A stretch of DNA of 58,900 bases from Nemertoderma westbladi (Eukaryota > Animalia > Xenacoelomorpha), in assembly GCA_032718475.1 (NCBI GenBank), contig JAUCBJ010008789.1, forward strand, positions 1 to 58,900, in the 5' to 3' direction. Position 1 is the stretch's first letter, and each line of letters begins with the position of its first letter. Shown in pieces: positions 12,005 to 22,945 of this stretch. The notes under the pieces are model-generated. The model saw nothing but the letters and a program-made list of their open reading frames with translations. It was not told the DNA's origin and searched no databases. Both the position numbers and the translations under genes were made by a program.

Positions 12005-13280
12005 GGGCGAGCCACGAAGTTGGCGGAGCCTTAGCGAATTGACACTGTTAGGGGGTGGGTCAATTTATGCAAATAGTTGTCGTCGTCGTCGTCGTCGTCG
12101 TTGTCGTCGTCGTCGTTGTCGTCGTCGTCGTTGTCGTCGTCGTTACGATTTTGACATGCTAATAACTTTGTCGGATTTAAAGCTGCCAAGTTGAAAATTT
12201 GTAGGTATCAATATAAGCAAAAGTTGAGATTTTTGAGAGACTTTCAGACACCATCAGTGCAATGGTCTCCCGCTAGAGGGCCACATGTCTAAACATTAAA
12301 TGGCCACCCATTTCTTTGCTTTTAATCCGTTTAAGCTGAAACTTGGGAAGTATGTACTAGACCATTAGCTGTAAATTTCAAAGGAGGCTAATCTGTCTGC
12401 AGTTCTCCAGTCTGCCGCTAGAGGGCGAAATGTCCCGAATGTGAAATTATTCTTCCATTTAGTTGTTTATGATCTGATTACGCTGAAACTTGTCATATAT
12501 GTACTAGATGACATCCTGAGTCTTTGTGTGGATTGTAATCGGTCCGAAGTTTTCCAGTCTCCCGCTAGAGGGCCACATGTCTAAACATTAAATGGCCACC
12601 CATTTCTTTGCTTTTAATCCGTTTAAGCTGAAACTTGGGAAGTATGTACTAGACCATTAGCTGTAAATTTCAAAGGAGGCTAATCTGTCTGCAGTTCTCC
12701 AGTCTGCCGCTAGAGGGCGAAATGTCCCGAATGTGAAATTATTCTTCCATTTAGTTGTTTATGATCTGATTACGCTGAAACTTGTCATATATGTACTAGA
12801 AGACATCCTAAGTCTTTGTGTGGACAGTAATCGGTCCGGAGTTTTCGAGTCTGCCGCTAGAGGGCGAAATGTAGGAAAGTGATAACCTTTGCGAATTCCT
12901 TGATCTTAATCTATTTAAGCTGAATTTTGGAATATACAGTACCGGTATGTACTAGACCACATGCCTCGTCTTTGTGAGGAAGGTGATCGATCCGTAGTTC
13001 TTTAATATGCCGCTAGAGGGCTAAATGTATGAAAGTGAAAACCTTCCAACATTTCGTTATTTATGATCCGTCAATCGGAAACTTGGTAGATATGTAATAG
13101 ACCATAGGCTGTGGCTTTGTAGGGAAACTAATCCTTCCTTCTTCAGTTACCCAGTCTCCCGCTAGAGGGTTAACGTTTTCCGGGAAAATCTTCTCCTATG
13201 TTTTTATAATCCTTTCGAGTTGATACTTAGCATTAACTCATTTCACGTGCTGCGCGAAGGCCCCACTTCGTGTTCCGTTT
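12005..13280. mobile_element. Helentron/HINE-like element with (GTC)n microsatellite and ~146-bp tandem array
   Basis: Sub-terminal inverted match CACGAAGT...GCCTT.GCG / CGCGAAGGCCCCACTTCGTG, (GTC)n at 12079-12143, seven CCGCTAGAGGG anchors at 145-156 bp spacing. Confidence 0.55.
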
Positions 13281-13647
13281 ATATATCGTAGGGTGAGTGA
13301 GGGAGACTTGAACCCCAAAAGTTATAATCGCTCTAAAGAACAGATAAATGAATTTTTCGATGCCCTTTTAACTTTTTTACATTACATTTATGATTGCTAT
13401 CATTATGTTAGAGTTTGAGAATTTCAAATCTTAAACTTTTTTAATTAAACCAATTATTCGTATTTTCGAAAAAGCGTCCAGTCTCCCTCAATGGGGGGAG
13501 ACTTGACACCTAGGGTGGGAGACTTGAACCCCATCTCACATTCTTGTAAATTCGTTCAAAAATGCATAAGAAGTGTAATAATTACATGTTCAACATGTCG
13601 ATTTTCTAGTAGAGCAGAAAAATTTCAAGAAATGCGAATGTTAAATT

Positions 13648-14482
13648 GTGGCTGGCCACGAGAAAAGGGACCTTATGTCGCAAAACCTGATACTGAGATA
13701 ATCGCGTTTAAAGTTTCCCTCTATTTTTGGACAAATTTAATTGGATTATCAATTTAGAAATGTATAAAACGATGAGGGAAATTCAAATTGGTTCTGATAT
13801 TCAATATACCTAGGAAATAACTAATTACAAGAAGCAATATAAGATGTTGCAGTGTTGTATATAACACTGTCTTAGGGTTTTCATGTCTTAATTTAGGACT
13901 GTAATAAATTGTAATTGTACTACTGTAATATGTAGCTGTACTGTAGGCCTACAGTTATTTTTTAAATGCAATATGGCTGTCATTTTCTTAATTTATCTTC
14001 GTTAGTTCTTAAATTTTGTAATCCCAATAAAGAATTCAAAATACAAATAATTTTAAATTTTGTTAAAAAAATTTATCTTTTTGAAAAAATTTTAAATTAA
14101 AAAAAAATTTTTTTGGTTACATGTTTTTTTGGAAATTTTGCAAAATTTTGTTAAAATAGTTCATAAACAATATTAGTTTCAAAGTGTTAAAAGTTCTATA
14201 AAATGCCGAATAACATTGAGCTGCCTAACTATATAGTAAGAATTGGTATGATATAATTAATATTTTCAATTTTTTTAAATAATCGCTTATTATAACCGCT
14301 ATTAATAAATTTTTTTTGCTACCCGATTCACCTTCACATAAATCGCTATAACTTTTTTTGGAAATAGATATTGAGACACCGTTTTTTTTGTTAAAATCTC
14401 TGGAAAATTCTGCATCTCATATGCCTAATAACTCAAAATCGACCTCCGGTGACATAAGGTCCCTTTTCTCGTGGCCAGCCAC
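13648..14482 (+). mobile_element. MITE, Sola1-like (copy 1)
   Basis: 32-bp perfect TIR GTGGCTGGCCACGAGAAAAGGGACCTTATGTC; 4-bp TSD AATT. An AWWT target is typical of Sola1. Confidence 0.85.
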
Positions 14483-15336
14483 AATTGTTAAATTATTATC
14501 CCAAATTTTATAAAAATTTAGGTGGTCGTTCACATGGTTCTCCCAAAAAGAACTGAATAAATAATAGATCATTAAAACCGCATTAAAATTTAACGCGGGA
14601 AGGTACTTTTTATTAATGAATATTTTGTATAATTTTCAATCCAGGCACATATTAATTTTTTTCCTGTAATTCTATTGATGTGTGCCGCTTTCTGACGAAG
14701 TGGCATCTTGTTTAATCTGTCAATCACACAGTTGGCGGGCTACTAACTACATTGCAAAGAGGGAAGGCAGAGTTGGTTGGCTTGGCTGGGTTTATCAAGG
14801 CCTCTCTCTCTCTGGCCACTCCATTGTATTCACATTCCATTCATAGCTTGGTCTGTGTAAGTGCCGATCAACTAGTTGGAGTGCTCTGGTGTAATGGTTC
14901 TCTACGTGGGTGTATCTCTAGGTAGACGTCAGCATTGAAGGCTTCAAGTCTCCATCACACTCGGGCGTAATGTCTCCCCACATAGGCTTTTTTATATTAA
15001 TTGATATAATTTCAAAACGGCTGAACCAAAACTGGAAAACAATATATGGCAGGATAGTGCAATAATTAGTCAACACATGTTGTGAATTACAATTAACATA
15101 CAGTAAAATAAGGATGCGAATTTTCATTAGTTGTAAAGGGCAAAAATTTACTTTTGAACCCAGAAAAAGTTTATTGACAATAAAACAAAAAATAACCAAA
15201 AGGTAATAAAACATTGTTGCGCGGGTGTAGCCTACATGTATTTTACATATTTTTGAGCGGTATTTTTAAATAATTTACAATAGTTTTCGAGTTATTAAAA
15301 AAAATCAAGTCTCCCCTAAAGTCAAGTCTCCCTCAC

Positions 15337-16519
15337 TGTAAAAGCTTTTGCGGATTTAACCGGTTATTTTCCCCGCAAAGTACTCTGTAGTTGGTTTAAC
15401 AGGCAAAAAAGGCCGTGTCCTTACTGTACTGGTGTTTTAAGGGAAATAAAAAGCTATTTCTTCTGTATGTGTACTTTAGCGGACATAATTAGCAATTCTA
15501 TGACGCAATGCGCTGGATCCTCTTGAAACAGTGTAGTTACGACAGCTAACAGCTGAGCTGTACACGTGTAGATTTTCCCTTGTTCTCTGGTGTTTCTTTG
15601 TTCGGTCAACCAATCAGATCGATTCTCCTGCTTTTGTACAGAAACCTCCGAGAAATCGTGCAATGCATTATGGGTCAATGTTTACATTTTTGTCCTGAGC
15701 CTAGAAGACCGGCTTTTGGAATCTCTGTGTTTTTCAGTCTTTAGCCCAACATTAGTAGGCTTAATTATAGAACGTATATCTGTTATCATAACAAACCATA
15801 TCAAACAAACTTAACTTATCATACCAATTCATAACCATTCATACCTTAACATTTGTACTGCTGTTTACTGTCGGTTATTCATTATATCTGTTGATGGAAT
15901 ATTATATTTGGAATACTGATAAATAATTACAAACCCTCGATCTTCTTGATATACTGAAGGTTAGAGAGACCGGTTACATATAACGATTGCGACTTACATT
16001 AAAGTGGTTTGAAGTGAATCTAATGCTATTTCATAGGCACTACATGTATTGTCTGTTGTTCTCTTTATATGTGACTAAAATTAGTGAAGGTCGGCAGATC
16101 AGTGTGCAGCATTGTGCAGTATTGTGTATGATTGTGACTGATAAAAAAGCATCTCCTAAAGAATGCGCCATATACGTGAATCTATAGCCATCCCGTTGTG
16201 TCTAGTTTAAGTCATAACTCTGTTTACATATTTAGAGCGCCACGTCCTAAAGGAACTGTTAATATTTCCCGAAAGTGAATAATATTTGTCAGAGATTATA
16301 TATTACGATCAGTCGAATAATACAGTAGGCCTACACCGCAATACGGTTAAGCTTCCGAATCCAGTCTCCCGGGTATATCCAGCGGGTGAATGATCGCGCA
16401 TAGACTGGCTTCGGCTAATGTAGTGTATCAAATACTTGTCAGAGGCTAAAGACGATCTATTATCTAAAAGACATCCCAATTTGGCAGGTTAAACTGCTAA
16501 AGGTCTGAAAGCGCGAACA
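15337..16519 (+). repeat. 5' LTR of outer element
   Basis: TGTAAAAG...GCGCGAACA. Nearly identical to 52310-53491 (about 7-8 substitutions and 2 small indels seen by eye). Confidence 0.95.
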
Positions 16520-16531
16520 ATAACAGATATA
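16520..16531 (+). promoter_or_regulatory. non-tRNA primer-binding site (self-complementary to LTR 15775-15786)
   Basis: ATAACAGATATA directly follows the LTR and is the exact reverse complement of TATATCTGTTAT inside the LTR. No TGG start. Confidence 0.75.
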
Positions 16532-16799
16532 GCTTCTGTATTGCAGTAGGAAATAACGCTGAAGTACCGGTTAACCGGTACCTAGTAGGCCTGACTACCT
16601 AACCACCCGGACCGGTACCTACAGCAGTACAGGTACAGCAGTATTATTCGATTTGATAATTATATACCGGTAGGCCTTAATATTGAATCAGGGAGGGCCC
16701 GCCCTGGTTTTTTATTGAGATTTTACTTATTTCTGTCAGTTTTATTTATTTGTAGGCCAATATTGAGCAGAAGGCGTGTAAGCCTGCTCAGATTGTACA

Positions 16800-17377
16800 G
16801 ATAATTTGTAGGCCGGACTGTTGTCTGACTGTCGTTAAGTCTGAAGAGACTGTAGTGTGTGTAGAGCGTATGTCCGAAAAAGTACTAGTTAGGAAAGTAG
16901 GGGCTGCCAGTGCTGTGAGGTGAACCCCCTCGAAAGAATAAGTCGTACTACTCGGTTAGAACGCATACTAACTAACCATTTCGGAGTCTGCATATACTGT
17001 AGTGTATTTAGGCTTGATAGTAGTCTGCCAGCGTTTGGTCTGTACTTTGTTTGTGTAGTCTGTACGGGTAGCGTAATATTTCTTATTTAGATAATTTGTA
17101 GGCTGTAATTTGCCTGGCTGTTGTTAGGTCTGAAGAGATTTCGGTGTGTGTAGAGTGTATGTCCGATAAAGTGCCAGTTGGGAACGTAGGGGCTTCCAGA
17201 GCTGTGAGGTAAACCCCCTCGAAAGAATAAGTCGTACTACTCGGTTAGAACGCATACTAACTAACCATTTCGGAGTCTGCATATACCGTAGTTTGTTTAG
17301 GCTTGATAGTAGTCTGTCAGTATTTGGTCTGCATTTTGTTTGAGTGGTCTGTACGCGTAGCGTAATATTTATTATTC
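16800..17377 (+). repeat. ~289-bp tandem duplication in outer 5' leader
   Basis: Two diverged copies starting GATAATTTGTAGGC at about 16800 and 17090, sharing AACCCCCTCGAAAGAATAAGTCGTACTACTCGGTTAGAACGCATAC. Confidence 0.85.
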
Positions 17378-18395
17378 AGAGTTTATGCGATTATTCGCAA
17401 CATTCATATCCCCAAGTTTATTCCTACAGTAATTGTGCTTGTTATATATACCGTTATAGTTAAACTAACCCCGGTACTACATCAGGGCTGCTTGGCGTAG
17501 GTAAAGACTGGTGATTTTGTGCCCCAGTCACTCCAGCAGATGCCGTGGTTCTTTTAGCTGTTCAAGTATTTTTAACTACTGATTATTTGTTGTATAAGTA
17601 CTTGTACCTAATTTAGGGTTTAGTGTACAGTGCTTTCCGAAGGTGATTAGTGTGTAGGCAGTATATTTGTGTTGTAAAGTGGTTAATAGGCACGTTGGTT
17701 CTGGTAGACCGCGGTAATTAACTTCTAGGTAGGAACACTCCGTGATACATAACGTAGTACTTATAGCGATACGGCTATAAGTCGTCAGACGGTGGTATTT
17801 TTCCTATCTGGACAACGCAGTATATTTACTACTACTTATTATTTTCAAATACCGTAGTACCCTGTCCGTTGTAATAACCAGATAATCTAACCCTTTGTTA
17901 GGCTGGTTTGTAGACTTCTTGTAAAATTACCCTAAAAATTCGTACGTGTAATTTTTGTGTTTATTTAGAGATTGTAATCTCACCCGAATTGTATGTAATT
18001 TGTAGTATTAAGTAACTTAGGTAAATTAGAATTATTTGTTTTAGTGTCCAACAGGTAGCACTCCACTGAGAGCGCACAGCTTCTGTGTAGTGACTCCCCC
18101 CAGAAATAATAACATTTATTTCAAATATTGACAAAAACCCATTTTAACGGGTATATATATTATAAATCAACTCAAATGATTTATAAATAGTAGGCCTGCC
18201 ATACAATAATTCGGTCTTAATATCAGTTGGACTACTGCTTAAAGAACGGTAATAAAGTAAGTTAAAGTATAGAATTATATTCCCTAAATGCCGTGGATTT
18301 TCAAAATTTGTATTTATTCGAATTAACTTTGTTAAAAGATTACTTTGAGTCCTCATTTGCATTTGTTATATCTATTGTACGATGTTTAGTCAAGT

Positions 18396-18482
18396 GGTTC
18401 AGTAGCTCAGTCGGTAGAGCGTTGGAAATTATATGTGTAGTAGGTATTGAGTTCGAATCCTAGTAAGTGCGAATTATTTTTT
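18396..18482 (+). ncRNA. tRNA-derived Pol III-like unit inside inner LTR
   Basis: Box A TAGCTCAGTCGG with intact D-stem GCTC/GAGC, box B GTTCGAATCC, then a T-run. Acceptor and anticodon stems do not pair, so this is not a functional tRNA. Confidence 0.6.
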
Positions 18483-18550
18483 GTGCAGAATTTCAACTCA
18501 TTTAAATTGACCGCTACAAATTAAATTGCATTTGTCTGTACCTAGATTAA

Positions 18551-18696
18551 CCAATGAGACTGTAGTTATTAGATTGTAACCAATGTCGTACAAGTTATAT
18601 ATTAGCTGGACCAATAGCTATCTTTAAAAACCTGTTAGAACCTATAGAACAATCGAGAATTTTCTCGATTGATTGCGGCACTAATTTGGTATAAAA
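18551..18696 (+). promoter_or_regulatory. triple CCAAT plus TATA promoter module in inner LTR
   Basis: CCAAT at 18551, 18580 and 18611 (about 30-bp spacing) and TATAAAA at 18690. Confidence 0.55.
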
Positions 18697-20175
18697 GGTG
18701 CGATTTCGTTCATTAGTTATATATCTTATATCAATCTCTCTTCTGTATTACTCAATATTTCAATCTTGTTTATTCTGTCATTAGTTTTCAGATTACATTT
18801 TGTATTATTATCTGCAATAAATTCAGAAATACCGCTACCTGCTTTTCTTTTCACCATGATTCACTACGGTGAACACACTTAGGAACAGGATGGCCGGCTA
18901 GAGATCGGGCCGCAGCAATGAACGGGAACATCAAGGGAATGTAGACAGGAGACAACCCGCAATACCATCTCAGTTATTCGCCCATCGCCTGAAAGGTTAG
19001 ACAGCGTTCGATGCCTTGCTACCTAAGCGTAAGACCAAAGATCAAAGGTAGAAGTAGTGACACGCTGTACGCCAAAAATTACATTTAGGGACTGTACTGT
19101 CTTAATTCAGGAAAACCCACAGTAGACCTTCATATTCCTACGGGGGGGGGGGGGGGGGGGAGAAAGAGCAGGCAGATACTAGTACGCAGATAGGACGTAG
19201 GCACACCGGTACGAAGCATACACATTGGTAGGGTGCAGCAAACTGTACGCCTAACTCTTGCTAAGTACAGGTGCGTTTGCGACTATTTGTAGTACAACGG
19301 TGTTCATTGCATTAGAACTTGTAGGCTAGGAGGGTTGCTGTGTTTCACCTGAATTGGGATTGTACCGTTCAGGCGGTAGGGCAGTTTACGACTAGGCGCA
19401 AATAAATTGAGGCTATTAGGGATATACTAACATCTACCGTGTCCCCGCCAACGTCCTGATAGGAAGTTACCCAGCCTACCTAGGTGACTAAAATTCTAGA
19501 TAAGAGCCAGGATAGCTATTTGTAACCGCACGCCTACAGCAGTAAACTAACACATTTCTTCTTAGTATTAGGGGCCTGGTAAATTAAAAATTGCCGAATT
19601 CTGGGTGTAGCATTAACCTTATGCCTGAATTTGAGTCCTGGAAATACGCAAGAGGGGAAGGAACCTTATCATTCGTGAGTATTGGACCTACAAGTTACAA
19701 AATTAGAATATTTGTAAAATGCACACCGTACCCAGTAATTATATATATGAAGGAGCTAAACTGCTTTGACTGTTCAGAATTAAAACACGCGCGTTAGAAA
19801 TTATTTACACCTCAAAATATATAAAATTAACTTTTGTCCGTACTGTGCTTTGCCCGCTAGTTAGACATCTCCAAATCTCTGCCCCTAGCTAGCGTCTCTT
19901 TCGCCCAACCATATAAATCACACCGCGGCAAAGTATACGAGCCTCTTAGTCCGTCAGTGAGTCAGCCTGATTTTAGGATTCGCTGCGCGGGATTTTGTTT
20001 TATCGAAGTTTGTCTGCTCGTAGACTGTTTTCTGCCTCACCGGTTATAAGAGATCGATACTGCAATATATTCGCTTACTTAGAGTTTACTGTTTTGGTGA
20101 GAAGGTCGGATTTATGATTTGATTCACAAACTTTACAGTAGGATATTGCAGGTATTGTTACTGTCTCTTCTAATA

Positions 20176-20186
20176 GTAGGAATATG
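20176..20186 (+). promoter_or_regulatory. non-tRNA primer-binding site (self-complementary to LTR 19131-19141)
   Basis: GTAGGAATATG directly follows the LTR and is the exact reverse complement of CATATTCCTAC in the LTR. Confidence 0.75.
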
Positions 20187-20815
20187 TGATTATTTTAACA
20201 TATTTCCTAAAATAGTAGGAATATGTTTTACTGAACTACGGTTCGGTAGGACTAAAGTTATTTGAAAATTTTGTATTTTGAGGTAAAAGTTTATATTTGA
20301 TTAGCTAAGTGCTAATTTTTTGAAATAAAATTTGATTTGAACCGCGTGTAAAATATTTTGGAATTGAATACCGGTGTTTAAAAGGGTTTAAATACCATAT
20401 TGTACCGGTACAAAATTTTTCGTAAAAGTAAAACCTAACTCTTTTGTTTTTCAGGATTCAGAACTCATTTCTAGACTGTAACGGGAGCAAGACCGTGTTT
20501 AGCAAGTTTGGGAGATAGATAACTCAACAACTTTGGTTGGGAAAATCGCGCTTCGTCCGCAACGTTAAAAACGGAAAGGTTCACGTTCGGTTTGTATCTG
20601 GGAATCTGTTTTTCTGGAGAATTATTGGAGTGGGTGAGTTCGAAAAGTTGCATAAATAAGTTAGGCATTACCGTATTAGTTAAAATTATTGTGGGTTCCA
20701 CTGTCTCAAGTATTTATGCATTCCGTATGATTTCTTTGTTCATTGCTGAATTAGTCCGTATTATTGTATTTAATTTACCTTTTGATAACGCATATCGTTA
20801 TCCGATTTAATTGTT

Positions 20816-20940
20816 ATAAAATTGGCCGCTAGGCTAATTTTATTATATACTTATTCCGTGACATTTATTTGCTGTAAAATTGGCCGTCTAGGCTAATTTT
20901 ATCCATCTGCTATAAAATCGGCCGGTAGGCTAATTTTATA
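20816..20940 (+). repeat. three hairpin repeats TAAAATTGGCC-loop-GGCTAATTTTA upstream of gag
   Basis: Copies at about 20816, 20875 and 20911; each is self-complementary with a variable loop. Confidence 0.8.
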
Positions 20941-22792
20941 TGACTGTAATTAGTACCGTTTAGATATAAATACGGTAAATTTGATACTTTGACACTCACA
21001 TTTTACTTGACTTACAACTACCGAAATGAGTGACAAACAAGACTATACGAAGAATACATCTACCGACTATGACTCATGTGACGCGGATAAGTCAGCAGCG
21101 GAAGAACTACAGGGGAAGACTCGCGAGCCTACCGAACCTACACCGTGTGCGTCACCAGTACATCCAACGGGAGTACCGGATGCCGTAGTACGAGGCGACG
21201 GCAGGACCGAGGACTTTCTAACTGTTCCGCAACCTAGATACAGGGAAACGGACATGGTAAGTTCAGCAGGAAGCCAGGAGAGTGTGGTTAGAAGCGTCGG
21301 CGGTTACATGGCGCATATTACCAGGAGTATTGGAGAAGGCCAACGCATATTAGACGAGTTGACCGCTCCGATGTCTCGATTCGAGTTCTACACCCTCCAG
21401 GTTAGAGTACAAAGTAGAGTACATAAGTCCGTAGATAACCTTATCAGTCTACAAGATCTAGCTAGACAGAGACAGGACATGGATACTCAACTTAGAATCC
21501 TCGAGAAACTAATGATCGCTAGAGAGAAACTGATTCAGTTTAAGTCGACGATTAGGCAGATACAACAGGAACAAGCAGACCAGTTGTTAGGTGAGTCAGT
21601 TTCGGACGAATTATTACAACCCGAGGAAGAACAGGAACTGTACCGACTGGATGGACAATTGAAACATCTGACGGACCACTTACGCATGTGCGGCGAGGAT
21701 GTCGGAGATTGGGAAACCGTGCCGGAGGCTACGAGGGAAACTTCACTCGCACAAATCGAATTAGTACCAGGAATACTAAATCAATCGTTGGTAAGTATTC
21801 GTAGCAAAATCGGCGAGGGAAGTATGGTCACGTCAGAAGTTGCTCGACAACAACAAGAGTTCTACCGACAACGACGAGAAATGGAAGAACAAGCTCAACT
21901 TCTAGTGATGCAGGCAGCAGTAGAGGAAGAGAAGCTACGCGTTGCGAATGTAGCGAGAATCTCTCATCTACAGGAACAAGCTGAATTAGAAGCAGCTGAA
22001 GTAGAAAGGTTAGAGGTAGACATTTCCCAACGAACGGCAGCGGCTGATTTAGCGCAACGAAACGCAGCGGCAGAATTAGAGCGACAAACGGCAGCGGCGG
22101 AATTAGAGCGAGAAAGGTTAGTTTCGGAAGCACGGGCCGAAATGAAAACACGGCAAATAAAAGCTCAATCAGCGATACGACAAGCAGAGTTTGAGGCGCA
22201 ACGACAACAAACGGAACAACGAGAGAAGACAGCTAAACTTCATTTCGAACTCGAGAAGAAGGCGAGAGAATTAGCGAACGCCGAGGAAGATCTGGATCAA
22301 AAGGCCTGCGATCGATCAATGAGATCTCGAGACGGACATGACTTGGACCAGATAGAGGTAAGACATCGCCAAATTCAGGAACGGAAGAAGGAAGGAAGCG
22401 TAGGAGCACCCGGACGGGAGCGACAATTAGTAAAAGACTTGTGTCAACGATTCCCACAAGTAACTCCTATGTTTGCACCAATTATGACTAAGGAACCTGT
22501 TTCGATTGCGGGTAGTAGTGATATTTCTCCTATCCATGGTGCGACGGAACACAGGTTGGTTATTCCGGACAAATTGATACCGTCAAGAGCAACGTCGTCG
22601 CCTATTTTGAAAGTCAAGGTAAGTAACCCACCGACTACCGATCGTAGTAGTTTATTGACCGGACCAGCACTACTAACGACAAAACAGGTGAGTCCACCTT
22701 TGACACCTAAACCGGTTACGCACTACGAATACCCAATGACGTTTAGGCCTACAAGGCCTTTGGATTCAAACGCTGTCGTCCGACCACCGTTC

Positions 22793-22945
22793 AACCAGTT
22801 TACATCGCAATCTACGACTTCGAGGAAGACTTGTGAGCCTACCGAACAACGGAGACCAGTGGATACGCGACCGAACCAGTTTACATCGCAATCTACGACT
22901 TCGAGGAAGACTTGTGAGCCTACCGAATAACGGAGACCAGTGGAT
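22793..22945 (+). repeat. 81-bp tandem duplication in gag
   Basis: AACCAGTTTACATCGCAATCTACGACTTCGAGGAAGACTTGTGAGCCTACCGAA(C/T)AACGGAGACCAGTGGAT twice. Copy 2 has CAA>TAA. Confidence 0.9.

Larger units (their letters stand above)
18268..20175 (+). repeat. 5' LTR of inner element (about 1.9 kb, TA...TA ends)
   Basis: TATAGAATT...TTCTAATA. Matches 35086-37840 once the MITE is removed. Confidence 0.93.

Noticed and set aside
11925-12194. Protamine-like Arg-rich ORF
   Set aside because: It is the translation of a (GTC)n microsatellite within a repeat element.
15454-16187. Short ORFs duplicated at 52427-53166 (also 19591/37256)
   Set aside because: Duplicated only because they lie in LTRs; no coding features and several have non-ATG starts.
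18396-18470. Functional tRNA gene
   Set aside because: Acceptor and anticodon stems do not pair and the T-stem is imperfect.
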